Assembly (NCBI GenBank): GCA_963845565.1
Contig: CAWJSJ010000001.1
Span: forward strand, 768,001-832,000
Reading direction: 5' to 3'
Origin: an uncultured Methylomirabilota bacterium
GTDB lineage: Bacteria > Methylomirabilota > Methylomirabilia > Methylomirabilales > 2-02-FULL-66-22
Length of the DNA stretch: 64,000 nt
Below the pieces are notes generated by a model. That model did no database searches, was not told the origin of the DNA, and saw only the letters and a program-made list of their open reading frames with translations. Positions within the stretch are counted from its first letter, which is position 1. The number at the start of each line of letters is the position of its first letter. The translations under genes were made by a program, and so were the position numbers. Below, piece after piece: positions 19,625-29,464 of the stretch.

Positions 19625-19700
19625 TGGTGGCGGCGGGTGGATTCGAACCACCGACATAGGGCTTATGAGACCCCCGCTCTACCAACTGAGCTACGCCGCC
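19625..19700 (-). tRNA. tRNA-Met(CAT), probably elongator
   Basis: Reverse complement GGCGGCGTAGCTCAGTTGGTAGAGC...CTCATAA...GTTCGAATCCACCCGCCGCCACCA; G1-C72 paired. Confidence 0.93.
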
Positions 19701-19753
19701 ACGGGAGAAGTTACGACACGTCACCGAAGGGTGGGCTCACTGCGGACCAGCGC

Positions 19754-19782
19754 ATAATAAAGAAGCGTACCGACGGTGTCAA
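19754..19782 (-). promoter_or_regulatory. Sigma70-type promoter of tRNA-Met
   Basis: Minus strand TTGACA-N17-TATTAT. Confidence 0.7.
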
Positions 19783-19843
19783 GCCCCGCCTTGCCTCGCG
19801 CGAGGACGCCGCGTCCGCCCGGCCAGCCCACCCCTCGGCTGGT

Positions 19844-20539
19844 TCAGCGAGATGGGGGCGGATTCGCGTTCTCCAGGCGACGTTGCGTCTCGTGTCGTTC
19901 GCGTTCGATATCCTTCGGCTCATAATACTGCGGCTGGTAGTTCCGGAGGCCATCCATCAGCCAAACCAATCCTGCCGCGGTCACTGCGATCACGCCCAGC
20001 GTCACTAACCAGAACAGCATCCGTCGCACCCGCTGCCGACGGCGGAACCGACGGACTTGCGGACTGACCATCCCGCGTCGGCCTGCCGGCGCGTCGAATC
20101 CGACCCCATGGGAGAACCAGGCGCCCTCTTGCGGCTTTACCCACCGGACCGTACCGGACCGTATCTCCGCACCGTCCACCGTCACCTGGACCCGACATCC
20201 CACCGGTGCTTCTGCTGGGAGTCGCACACACACACCGTCGGCACTTCGGTTCTCGGTCTCTCCGGTCAGGGTGATCGGCGGTTTCCCGGGCTGGTGGATC
20301 GTTGCCTTGGTCGCCGAGCGGAACTCCCAGCGCCGCGCGCGCACGTGAGTCGGCGTCTCGGCAACCGCTAGGCGGGTACGACGACGCGGGTCCCGGGGTG
20401 CCCACCGGAAGAATCTGGTTTGGCAGTGCTCGCAACGAAACGGAAGGATCCCAAACCAAGTCAAGGGACCGCGTTCGAGCCATCCCTGTCGATGGGCCGC
20501 ATAGGTGTCGGTTGTTTGACAGACCGGACATCCCCGCAT
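19844..20539 (-). CDS. Zn-ribbon + PilZ-like + C-terminal TM protein
   Basis: CPVC...CEHC; RARR and NRSADG resembling PilZ motifs; GTVRW; TM helix near C-terminus. Confidence 0.7.
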   Translation of the reverse strand: MRGCPVCQTTDTYAAHRQGWLERGPLTWFGILPFRCEHCQTRFFRWAPRDPRRRTRLAVAETPTHVRARRWEFRSATKATIHQPGKPPITLTGETENRSADGVCVRLPAEAPVGCRVQVTVDGAEIRSGTVRWVKPQEGAWFSHGVGFDAPAGRRGMVSPQVRRFRRRQRVRRMLFWLVTLGVIAVTAAGLVWLMDGLRNYQPQYYEPKDIERERHETQRRLENANPPPSR

Positions 20540-20733
20540 GACGGCCCTGTGTAAACTCCCAGCCGGGGGATTCACAGAGCACAACGCTCGATCCGCCGGG
20601 TTGCCGCGGGCCTTTCTCGTAACGTCTCAAACTATACAGAAATGTGCGATGATGGCAAGGCGTTTTCTCGGCCTGTTCGCCATGCGCGATTCCACTACGG
20701 GGTTTTCGGGGGATTTGGTATAGTGCCGACCTC

Positions 20734-22011
20734 ATGTCAACGCGTGCCACCTCTCCATCCGTGCTTCCAGTGCAGCCGCGACCAGCAGATCTGGAAAAGG
20801 CGACCACCGAGCGCCTGATCTGGCTGGTTGGCCTCTCCCACGCCACGAATCACTTCGTGATGTTGATCTTTCCTGCGGTGCTGTTGCTCGTCCAGGCAGA
20901 GTTCGGCCTTGGTTACGCCGGCCTCGGGATGCTGGCGAGCGCGAGTTTCCTCTGTTACGGCCTCTTGGCGCTTCCGGCGGGAATACTGGCGGACCGCCTG
21001 GGTGGGGAGCGAGTACTGGCCGTCTGGCTGCTGGGTGGCAGCCTGGCATGCTGCGCGATTGGCCTCGCCACCGGTCCATGGACCTTGGGTGCCGGACTCG
21101 GCGTCCTCGGCCTCTTCGCAAGCCTACACCATCCGGCGGGCTCCGGAATCCTCGTCGGGTTGCGACAGCGACTGGGCGCCGACGTTGCCCGGGCATTCGG
21201 CCGTTCGGGGATCCTGGGCAATCTGGGCTTGGCGGGGTCCCCCATTCTGACGGCTGCTATCGGGGCCCGTTGGGGCTGGCGTGCCGCGTTCTTCGTGGGG
21301 GCCGTTCCGGGGATCGTGCTGTTTCTCCCCTTGTGGCGACAAGCCCTCCTGACCCCAATGGAACGACACGCCCCGGGCGACCGAACATCCCAGCGGACGG
21401 GTCCGAGGGGCACGGCGTTCACGGTCCCGTTGGTTCTACTCTTCGGCCTAGAAACACTGATGGGGTTCGTGTTCCAGGGGTTTTCTACCTTCTTGCCCGC
21501 ACACCTGGCGGGCCACGCGGGATTCGCCGCACTCACGGCCGCACAGGTGCGGCGGGGTGGTGCTTTCGCCAGCCTCGCCCTGCTGTTCGGTGGGCTCGGC
21601 CACCTCACGGCGGGGCGATTGATGCGGTATCGGCATCGTGAAGCGCTGTTCCTAGTCACGGTCACGACGAGCACCTGCTGCCTCGTCGGCATGGGGACCG
21701 TGGGCGGTGCGTCCCTGGTGCTATGCAGCGTTCTCTTTTCCTTCGCCTATTTCGCGCTGGGGACGATCAGCAACACCTTCATGGCACTCCACACCCCGCC
21801 GCGGCTGGGCGGCACTGTCTTTGGTATCACCTTTAGCCTGGCCTTTGGGTTCGGGTCGCTGGCGTCCAGCACGATGGGGATTCTCGCAGAACGATTCGGA
21901 CTGGCGGCGGTGTTCGTGGCGTTGGGGTTGGTGAGTGTCGGGGGGGTGGCCCTGGTGACCTGGTTTGGTGCGGTCACGACGGGCTGGCGCGGTCAGCGGC
22001 CCACAGACTGA
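20734..22011 (+). CDS. MFS transporter
   Basis: About 12 hydrophobic helices; motif A GILADRLGGERV; SLHHPAG. Confidence 0.9.
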   Translation: MSTRATSPSVLPVQPRPADLEKATTERLIWLVGLSHATNHFVMLIFPAVLLLVQAEFGLGYAGLGMLASASFLCYGLLALPAGILADRLGGERVLAVWLLGGSLACCAIGLATGPWTLGAGLGVLGLFASLHHPAGSGILVGLRQRLGADVARAFGRSGILGNLGLAGSPILTAAIGARWGWRAAFFVGAVPGIVLFLPLWRQALLTPMERHAPGDRTSQRTGPRGTAFTVPLVLLFGLETLMGFVFQGFSTFLPAHLAGHAGFAALTAAQVRRGGAFASLALLFGGLGHLTAGRLMRYRHREALFLVTVTTSTCCLVGMGTVGGASLVLCSVLFSFAYFALGTISNTFMALHTPPRLGGTVFGITFSLAFGFGSLASSTMGILAERFGLAAVFVALGLVSVGGVALVTWFGAVTTGWRGQRPTD

Positions 22012-22056
22012 GCGCAACTCCCGACCGAGGTCTTCGAGACGGTTCGCCGGCCCCGC

Positions 22057-22455
22057 TCAGTCCTGTGTCGCCCCCAGGCGAACCTCCGGGAGCTCCAAGT
22101 ACCACAGCAGGAACGCGGACCACGCCATGGCCACCAGCGTGAAGGCCAGGTACGGAAGGTTGAGGACCGTCGCGCTTCCCACCGTTTTCGTCGCATGCGC
22201 CCACAGCATCATGATGCGGCTGATGATGTTAAAGCCCTGCGCGAAGATCATGAGATGCCAAGGCCACACCGCGTGGCTGCGCCACACAAGCAGTTTGATG
22301 TCGGCAGTCACCACCATGATCGCGAGGAGCAGCGGTAGCCACCACTCCTGGGAGTTGGGCCGAAAGGAGTCCGGCGGAAACAGGAGCAGCGGAATCACTT
22401 GGAGGGTAAGGATCCCGACGATGGCACGACGAGTGGCGAGGGGACGATGTTGCAT
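22057..22455 (-). CDS. Hypothetical membrane protein (about 4 TM)
   Basis: AAGGAGA RBS, hydrophobic segments, promoter-like TTGACA...TATAAG upstream. Confidence 0.7.
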   Translation of the reverse strand: MQHRPLATRRAIVGILTLQVIPLLLFPPDSFRPNSQEWWLPLLLAIMVVTADIKLLVWRSHAVWPWHLMIFAQGFNIISRIMMLWAHATKTVGSATVLNLPYLAFTLVAMAWSAFLLWYLELPEVRLGATQD

Positions 22456-22533
22456 GATCGCAGATCTCCTTCCGACCCGTGATCCTATTATCCCGCACCC
22501 GGCCGGCGGGATCGGCCGAGCCTGACCGTCACC

Positions 22534-22596
22534 TTATATATGCTCTGCGCAGAGCCTGTCAAGTCGCTTGACATTTTGTCGGACCTTCGATATTAA
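22534..22596. promoter_or_regulatory. Back-to-back divergent sigma70 promoters
   Basis: Plus TTGACA(22568)-N17-TATTAA; minus TTGACA-N18-TATAAG with palindrome GCTCTGCGCAGAGC in its spacer. Confidence 0.65.
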
Positions 22597-22872
22597 AGAC
22601 CCGAGTTTTTGCCGGGAATGGCATTCGCTGCGTGATCGGAACATACCATCTCGATCGGGCATCGCACGATTTTCCTTCAGTCATGTGTGCTGTTGGATAC
22701 CAAGCCAGACAGGGTGTATCCGGCAACTGCTTTCAGAAAGGGGGGATTGCGCCTACGCGGATCGGCGACGAACGCTGAACAGGGATCGGGCCTCCCAGTT
22801 TCGGCTCTCGAGTTTGGCTCCGATGTTTCTATGGCCTTCCCTCAGAACTCTTTCGGCGGAGGAGATGTTGCA

Positions 22873-24024
22873 ATGCGCGCACTCAAACTAGCGAGTTTGC
22901 TCGGTCTCTCGGTAATGATCTTCGCAGCTTGCGGCGGCGGCGGAAGCGACACGACCAAGGTTGCCATCCTGGCCCCCTTGTCTGGACCGGTTCCGACGTT
23001 CGGCGTGATGACGCGGGATGGCGCCCTGTTGGCCATCGAGGAGTGGAATGCCAAGGGCGGCGTCTTGAATAAGAAAATTACCCCCGTGGTTGAAGACAGC
23101 CAGTGCACCCCGGATCCGGCCGTCAACGCGGCCAACAAGGTGATCGACCAGGACAAGGTGAAGTACATCATGGGTGAGGTATGCTCCAAGGCCTCCATCC
23201 CCGTGTCCGAGATCGCCAACGCCAAGAAAGTCGTCCAGATCAGCTCCACCTCCACCAATCCCGACGTGACCGTGGGCAAGGACGGGAAGGTGAAGGACTA
23301 CGTGTTCCGCGCCTGCTTCATCGATCCGTTCCAGGGGACGGTGGGCGCCAAGTTCGCTCTCGACACGCTGAAGGCCAAGAACGCCTTCATCATGCTGGAC
23401 CAGGCGAATGACTACGTGAAGGGGTTGGCTGAGTTCTTCGAGAAGGCCTACACCGCCGGCGGTGGCAAGATCGTCGGCAAGGAGACCTACACCGCGAAGG
23501 ACACGGATTTCAGCGCCATTCTGGCCAAGGTCGCTGCCGCCAAGCCGGACGTGGTCTATCTTCCTGACTATTATAACGTCGTCAACCTGGTGACCAAGCA
23601 AGCCAAGGAGAAGGGCATCAAGGCGGTGTTCATGGGCGGTGACGGTTGGGATTCGGCCGACCTGGACAAGAAGGCTGCCGAGGGTGGCTTCTTCACCAAC
23701 CACTACTCGCCGGAGGACAGCCGAGCCGAGGTGCAGAATTTCGTGAAGGCGTTCGGCGCGAAGTTCAAGGACGACAAGGGACAGCCGAAGGTTCCGGATG
23801 CCCTGGCGGCTCTTGCCTACGATGCGACCAACATGCTGCTCCAGGCCATCAAGGAGGCTGGTGCGGACGATACGGCCAAGGTGAAGGACGCCATGGCCAA
23901 GATCCAGTTCAACGGGGTGTCCGGCAAGATCACGCTGGATGCCAATCACAACCCCGTCAAGTCGGCCACCATCCTCGCCGTCAAGGACGGCAAGGTCCAG
24001 TTCAATTCCGTGGTGAATCCGTAA
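22873..24024 (+). CDS. livK: Branched-chain amino acid ABC substrate-binding lipoprotein
   Basis: Lipobox FAAC; APLSG, EWNAKGGVL, FRACFIDPFQG, GGDGW, LAYDA; GGAGGAGA RBS. Confidence 0.9.
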   Translation: MRALKLASLLGLSVMIFAACGGGGSDTTKVAILAPLSGPVPTFGVMTRDGALLAIEEWNAKGGVLNKKITPVVEDSQCTPDPAVNAANKVIDQDKVKYIMGEVCSKASIPVSEIANAKKVVQISSTSTNPDVTVGKDGKVKDYVFRACFIDPFQGTVGAKFALDTLKAKNAFIMLDQANDYVKGLAEFFEKAYTAGGGKIVGKETYTAKDTDFSAILAKVAAAKPDVVYLPDYYNVVNLVTKQAKEKGIKAVFMGGDGWDSADLDKKAAEGGFFTNHYSPEDSRAEVQNFVKAFGAKFKDDKGQPKVPDALAALAYDATNMLLQAIKEAGADDTAKVKDAMAKIQFNGVSGKITLDANHNPVKSATILAVKDGKVQFNSVVNP

Positions 24025-24047
24025 GGATCACCGTCGGTGTCGCGTCC

Positions 24048-24079
24048 GCGTAGAGGGCGCCTCCGGGCGCCCTCTACGC
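24048..24079 (+). promoter_or_regulatory. Perfect 14-bp hairpin after livK (REP-like mRNA stabiliser or attenuator)
   Basis: GCGTAGAGGGCGCC-TCCG-GGCGCCCTCTACGC, no U-tract. Confidence 0.6.
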
Positions 24080-24122
24080 ATGTGGTCCCTCGCGCGTTCT
24101 GGCACCTGGAGTTGAGATTCTT

Positions 24123-25247
24123 ATGCGCTCCAACACCGCTGCCCCCGCCGGCCCGATGGCCCGGAAACCTGGCTCGAGACTCGGCTGGATCGGGAAGAGC
24201 TTTCTGGGTCTCCTGGGCTTGCTGACCGCGTTCATTCTGGTCCGCAATCTGATTCACGACCCGAAGCTGTTCCTCCAGATCGTCATCAGCGGGCTCCAGC
24301 TCGGATTCGTGTACGCCCTGATCGCCCTTGGCTACACCATGGTGTATGGCATCGTGCGTTTGATCAACTTTGCGCACGGCGACGTATTCATGGTGGGCGC
24401 CTTCGTCAGCTTTTACGCGGTCACCAGATTCCAGCTCCATGTGTGGCCGGCAGCGGTGTTCCCCCAGTTCCCGGACGCACTGGTCGTCGTGATCGGGTCC
24501 CTGACGGTGATGTTCCTGTCCATGGTGGTGTGCATGACGCTGGCCATCACCATCGAGCGTGTGGCATACAAGCCGCTCCGCGACGCCCCGCGGATCGCCG
24601 CTCTCATCACCGCCATCGGCGTGTCGTTCTTCCTGGAGTTTTTTGGGGCGTTGAGCTTTGTCTTCTCGCCCCGGTTCATCCCCTACCAACGCCCCTTTGA
24701 AGTCGTGACGTGGTACATCAAAGACGGCGTGCATCTGGTGAGCGCGACGGACGCGCCACCCGATGGCAGCATCACGTTTTCGAACATCTTCCTTCTCATC
24801 GCGCTGGCGTCGGTCCTGACGCAGGTCTTTCTCCAGTTCCTCGTCCGGCGCACCAAGATCGGAAAGGCCATGCGGGCGGTGTCGTTCGACAAGTCGGCCG
24901 CCAGGCTGATGGGGATCAACGTGGACCAGGTGATCTCCTTCACCTTCGCCGTGGGGGCCGGCTTTGCGGGGCTGGGCGGCGTCCTGTACGCCATCGCGTA
25001 CTCCTCGATCTGGTCGCAACTCGGGATCTTGCCGGGCCTCAAAGCCTTCGTGGCCGCCGTCCTGGGTGGGATCGGCAGCATCCCGGGCGCCTTCGTGGGC
25101 GCCCTCATCATGGGTCAGGCGGAGGCGCTGACGATGGGGTACATCTCCACCCCCATGCGGGACGCGGTGGCGTTCACGATTCTCATCCTGGTCCTCCTGG
25201 TACGACCGACGGGCATCTTCGGCGAGCCCGAGAAAGAGAAGGCATAG
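24123..25247 (+). CDS. livH: Branched-chain amino acid ABC permease
   Basis: YALIALGYTMVYGIVRLINFAHG, GKAMRAVS, KAFVAAVLGGIGS. Confidence 0.92.
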   Translation: MRSNTAAPAGPMARKPGSRLGWIGKSFLGLLGLLTAFILVRNLIHDPKLFLQIVISGLQLGFVYALIALGYTMVYGIVRLINFAHGDVFMVGAFVSFYAVTRFQLHVWPAAVFPQFPDALVVVIGSLTVMFLSMVVCMTLAITIERVAYKPLRDAPRIAALITAIGVSFFLEFFGALSFVFSPRFIPYQRPFEVVTWYIKDGVHLVSATDAPPDGSITFSNIFLLIALASVLTQVFLQFLVRRTKIGKAMRAVSFDKSAARLMGINVDQVISFTFAVGAGFAGLGGVLYAIAYSSIWSQLGILPGLKAFVAAVLGGIGSIPGAFVGALIMGQAEALTMGYISTPMRDAVAFTILILVLLVRPTGIFGEPEKEKA

Positions 25248-25256
25248 GGGCGGCCG

Positions 25257-26630
25257 ATGGACATCAACGTCGGATTCCTTCTGATCAGCATCGTCAAGAT
25301 CGCCGCTCTTGTGGCCTGGGTATACGGCCTCCTCTGGGGCCTGGGCCGCGACTCACTCTCGACGAAGTGCGTTGCCGTGGTGGCGGCCTTCGGTGTCATT
25401 CAGTTGGCCATTTCGGTCGCGCCGGGCGGCATCCAGATCTTCAGCGACTTTGACAGCGGGCTCCTCTTCCAGGCATGCACCATGGCCATGGTGGCCCTCG
25501 GGCTGAACCTGATCTACGGCTTCAACGGACAATTCAGTCTGGGACAGTGGGGCTTCTATGGCATCGGGGCGTATGCCGCGGCGGATATCACGTTCCGGTG
25601 GACCAACGGGGATGCGCGCGGCCTGCTGGTGGTGGGGATCGGCGTGATCCTGATCGGTTTGGTGATCCTGGGCGTGCGGCGATTCCTGCAGCAGTACACG
25701 GGCGTCCCGGTGATGTCCGCCTTCACCTTGTATCTCATCGGCACCGTCGCAGCAGGGGCGGTCGCCGTTGTCATCGGGGACCTCGGGCACACCGTGGTGG
25801 CGCCTCTGTTCGGAAGCCAGGGCGCGCCGGGCCCGCTGCATAGCCCATTGGTCCTTCAGGTTGTCTTCTGCCTTGCCGTGCTCTTGGCTGGTGTCGTCGC
25901 CGCCGAAGTCAGTTTCCTCTTCGGCCTGCCGGTCCTGTCCCTGGGTAGCGACTATTTCGGCATCGCGACCCTCGGCTTCACCATCGTCATCAACACCCTG
26001 ATGGTAAATTCGGACACCATCCTCCCCTTCCCGGAGATGAAGGGGGGGCGTGGCATGATCGGGATCCCGAAACTGACGACCTGGTTCTGGGCCTTCGTCT
26101 TCCTCCTTGGCGTGATCGTGGTGATGCGGAATCTGCTCCAATCCAGCACCGGCCGCGCCATCCTGTCGGTGCGCGAGGACGAGACCGCGGCCAAGGTCAT
26201 GGGGATCGATGTCGCCAACAACAAGCTGCTGGCGTTCGTGGTGGGCAGTCTCTTTGCCGGGATCGGCGGGGGCGTGTACGCCCACTTCATCGGGTTCCTG
26301 AGTCCGGGCACCTTCGATTTCCTGGTCGGATTCAACCCGCTGATCATCGTCGTTTTCGGCGGCCTCGGGAGCATGACCGGGACTCTTGCCGCGTCGTTCG
26401 GCTGGACGTTTTTCCTCGAAGGCCTCCTGCGGGTCATTCTGGGCCAACTGGGTACCGAGGCGCCGACGTGGCGGTTTGTCCTCTACCCCATCGCCCTGCT
26501 TCTGCTGATGCTGCTGCGCCCCCAAGGGCTGCTGGGGACGGTGGAATGGGGATTCCTGCGCGCCCCGTGGGTGCCGTCTCGGTTCCGGACGGACGGCAAC
26601 AAGGCGGCGTCCCCGCCGCCCGCCGCCTAA
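25257..26630 (+). CDS. livM: Branched-chain amino acid ABC permease
   Basis: LNLIYGFNGQFSLG, DYFGIATLGF, GRAILSVREDE, GGLGSMTG. Confidence 0.92.
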   Translation: MDINVGFLLISIVKIAALVAWVYGLLWGLGRDSLSTKCVAVVAAFGVIQLAISVAPGGIQIFSDFDSGLLFQACTMAMVALGLNLIYGFNGQFSLGQWGFYGIGAYAAADITFRWTNGDARGLLVVGIGVILIGLVILGVRRFLQQYTGVPVMSAFTLYLIGTVAAGAVAVVIGDLGHTVVAPLFGSQGAPGPLHSPLVLQVVFCLAVLLAGVVAAEVSFLFGLPVLSLGSDYFGIATLGFTIVINTLMVNSDTILPFPEMKGGRGMIGIPKLTTWFWAFVFLLGVIVVMRNLLQSSTGRAILSVREDETAAKVMGIDVANNKLLAFVVGSLFAGIGGGVYAHFIGFLSPGTFDFLVGFNPLIIVVFGGLGSMTGTLAASFGWTFFLEGLLRVILGQLGTEAPTWRFVLYPIALLLLMLLRPQGLLGTVEWGFLRAPWVPSRFRTDGNKAASPPPAA

Positions 26631-26683
26631 CCGAGGCGTTCCCGCGGGGGTGATTTCCCTTCGGGGATTTTTCTGGAGTCCGT

Positions 26684-27487
26684 ATGACTCTTTCAACGTC
26701 GGATGCGGCACCACCCACCCTCCAGATCGAGGGTCTGACCAAACGGTTCGGCGGCCTTCGCGCAGTGGGCAACCTTGATCTGAGCGTGCGTTGCGGCGAA
26801 CTGGCCGGCCTCATCGGGCCGAACGGAGCCGGAAAAACGACCGTCTTCAACATGATCTCAGGGCTCTACGTCCCTTCCGCCGGCGATATCCGTTTCCAGG
26901 GGGTGAGCACCCTCGGGATGGAGCCGTTCGAGATCACGCAACTCGGCATTGGTCGGACGTTTCAGAATATTCGCCTGTTTCCCAACCTGAGCGTCCTCGA
27001 CAACGTGCGCGTTGCGTATCATGCGCGCGTGGGCTATGGGATGGCGGACGCCATATTGCGCACCGCCGCCTTCGTCCGGGCGGAACGGGAGTTGACCGAG
27101 CAAGCCCAGGATTTCCTGGCGATCTTCAGGTTGGAGAAGATTCAAAACGAACAGGCCTCCAGTCTGCCCTACGGCGAGCAGCGCCGGGTAGAGATCGCGC
27201 GGGCGTTGGCCTCCAACCCCCGTCTCTTGCTGCTGGACGAGCCCGCCGCTGGGATGAATCCCGCCGAGATCGTGACCCTGATGGAGTTGATTCACTTCAT
27301 CCGTGACCGCTTTAACCTGACCATCCTCTTGATCGAGCACCAGATGCGGGTGGTGATGGGCATCTGCGAGCACATCACCGTGATGGACTTCGGTGAGGTG
27401 ATCGCCCGCGGCGCCCCCAAGGAGATTCAGAGCAACGCCAAGGTCATCGAGGCGTATCTGGGCAAGGGAGCCGCGCATGCTGCTTGA
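26684..27487 (+). CDS. livG: Branched-chain amino acid ABC ATPase
   Basis: GPNGAGKTT, RTFQNIRLF, LPYGEQRR, LLDEPAAG, VIEAYLG. Confidence 0.93.
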   Translation: MTLSTSDAAPPTLQIEGLTKRFGGLRAVGNLDLSVRCGELAGLIGPNGAGKTTVFNMISGLYVPSAGDIRFQGVSTLGMEPFEITQLGIGRTFQNIRLFPNLSVLDNVRVAYHARVGYGMADAILRTAAFVRAERELTEQAQDFLAIFRLEKIQNEQASSLPYGEQRRVEIARALASNPRLLLLDEPAAGMNPAEIVTLMELIHFIRDRFNLTILLIEHQMRVVMGICEHITVMDFGEVIARGAPKEIQSNAKVIEAYLGKGAAHAA

Positions 27488-28232
27488 CGTCGAAAACCTC
27501 AACGTCTACTACGGGGCGATCCACGCCCTCCAAGGGATCTCGTTCAGTGTGGATCAAGGGGAAATCGTCACGCTGATCGGGGCCAACGGTGCGGGAAAGT
27601 CCACCACGCTGCGCACCATCTCCGGTCTGCTCCGCCCCCGCCGTGGTGCTGTCCGTTTTCGGGGCGAGGACATCACCATGACTCCCGCCGAGCAGATCGT
27701 TCGGTTGGGTATCGGCCACGTGCCCGAGGGTCGGAAAATCTTCGCACCGCTGACCGTGCGTGAGAACCTCGAGATGGGAGCCTTCACCCGGTCGGATCCG
27801 GCCGAGATCTCGCAGTCCATGGCGCGGGTCTTCGCCAGTTTCCCCCGCCTCAAGGAGCGGGCCGCTCAGTTGGGCGGAACCCTCTCGGGTGGAGAACAGC
27901 AGATGCTGGCAACCGGGCGCGGACTCATGAGCAGGCCCACCCTGTTGCTGCTGGACGAGCCGTCCATGGGGCTCAGCCCGATCATGGTCGAAGAGATCTT
28001 CCGGATCATCAAGGAGATCAACTCGCAAGGAACGAGCATTCTGCTGGTGGAGCAGAATGCGTTGATGGCGCTGCAGGTCGCGCATCGCGCCTACGTTCTG
28101 GAAACCGGACGTATCGTGCTGCAGGGTTCGGCCAGCGAACTGCGACAAAGTTCCCGGGTGAAGGAGGCGTACCTGGGCCTGCCCAAGGAGGCCTTGGCTG
28201 GCGACACCAACCGCCCGCCGACCTCGCCGTGA
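27477..28232 (+). CDS. livF: Branched-chain amino acid ABC ATPase
   Basis: GANGAGKST, VPEGRKIF, LSGGEQQML, LDEPSMGL, LVEQN. Confidence 0.93.
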   Translation: MLLDVENLNVYYGAIHALQGISFSVDQGEIVTLIGANGAGKSTTLRTISGLLRPRRGAVRFRGEDITMTPAEQIVRLGIGHVPEGRKIFAPLTVRENLEMGAFTRSDPAEISQSMARVFASFPRLKERAAQLGGTLSGGEQQMLATGRGLMSRPTLLLLDEPSMGLSPIMVEEIFRIIKEINSQGTSILLVEQNALMALQVAHRAYVLETGRIVLQGSASELRQSSRVKEAYLGLPKEALAGDTNRPPTSP

Positions 28233-28263
28233 ATGAACTCCCGATGCCGATCGGCTGTCGCGG

Positions 28264-28305
28264 AGACGACCCCGGTTGATTCTTCAGCCGGGGTCGTTAT
28301 GTCTC
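28264..28305 (+). terminator. Probable terminator hairpin after livF
   Basis: GACGACCCCGGTTGA-TTCT-TCAGCCGGGGTCGTT followed by T-rich tail. Confidence 0.55.
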
Positions 28306-28531
28306 TTGATGTTGTATTACTCGACGAACCGACGCCCTGGAGGGTTTCTCGTGTAGCGCTTGAGGGTTCTCGTGAACTCAAAGCCAAGATTGTATCGTGC
28401 GGTGCAACGTAATGAATCCATTAGGGATTTTTTACACCGGCGTTTCCGAAAGAAATGCAACACACCGTTGAGATTTCACTTGAGCTTCGTCGGAAGCACC
28501 TCGGCGCGGACCGCTGAGAGGCCGAGGTGGA

Positions 28532-29464
28532 CTATCCTTCCCGTTCGAATGGCACACCGAGGCTCGCCGGCGCCCCTCCCCGCCCGCGCACCTGTTGCAA
28601 CCGCGTGATGAGCACCAGAATCGAGATCGTAAACAGGTACGGGAGCATGCGCAGGATATACGACGGGATCACATTGATCTGCCGCGCCTCCAGCGTGAAC
28701 TGGAACGCGTTCACGCAGCCGAACAGGAGGGCGCCAAGGGCCGCCCGCCATGGGTTCCAGAGCGCGACGATCACCATGGCGATGGCGATCCACCCTTGGC
28801 CGGACGTCATGTTTTCTTTCCAGCCCGGCGTATAGGCCAGCGAAAGATACGCGCCCGCCAGGCCGGCCAGCGCCCCTCCGAACGCCGTCCAGAGATACCT
28901 GGTTCGTGCGACCGGGATACCCGCCGTGTCCGCGGCGGCTGGGTTCTCCCCCACCGCTCGCAGGTTCAACCCTGGGCGAGTGTGGAACAGAAAGAACCAC
29001 GCGGCAGGCACCAGAACATACCCGAGATAGACCAGCGGAACCTGCACGAAGAGCACCGGCCCCAGAACCGGAACCTCACTCAGTATCGGGACGGGCCACG
29101 GCAGGAACCGCACCCCGACCCTGCCGATGAGCGGACGTCCCAGGAAACTCGCCAGGCCGGTCCCGAGTATGACCAACGCCAGTCCGCACACGACCTGATT
29201 GGCGCGGAGCGTGATCGTGAACACTCCGTGGATCAGGGCGAGGAGTCCGCCCATCGCCATGGCCCCCAGAACTCCCAGTGCAAGGCTCCCCGTGGCTTGA
29301 GCCGTCGCGAACCCACTCAACGCGCCTACCAACATCATCCCCTCGACGCCGAGGTTCAAGACGCCGCTCCGTTCCGTGAACACTTCGCCTATGCTCGCGA
29401 AGAGCACGGCCATGCTCGATTGGATGGTGATCGAGAGCACGAAGATCAGGGTCGAAAGCGTCAT
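28532..29464 (-). CDS. Nucleoside/simple-sugar ABC permease 2
   Basis: ERSGVLNLGVEGMM, GLNLRAVGENP, GQGWIAIA, LPYLFT. Confidence 0.9.
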   Translation of the reverse strand: MTLSTLIFVLSITIQSSMAVLFASIGEVFTERSGVLNLGVEGMMLVGALSGFATAQATGSLALGVLGAMAMGGLLALIHGVFTITLRANQVVCGLALVILGTGLASFLGRPLIGRVGVRFLPWPVPILSEVPVLGPVLFVQVPLVYLGYVLVPAAWFFLFHTRPGLNLRAVGENPAAADTAGIPVARTRYLWTAFGGALAGLAGAYLSLAYTPGWKENMTSGQGWIAIAMVIVALWNPWRAALGALLFGCVNAFQFTLEARQINVIPSYILRMLPYLFTISILVLITRLQQVRGRGGAPASLGVPFEREG

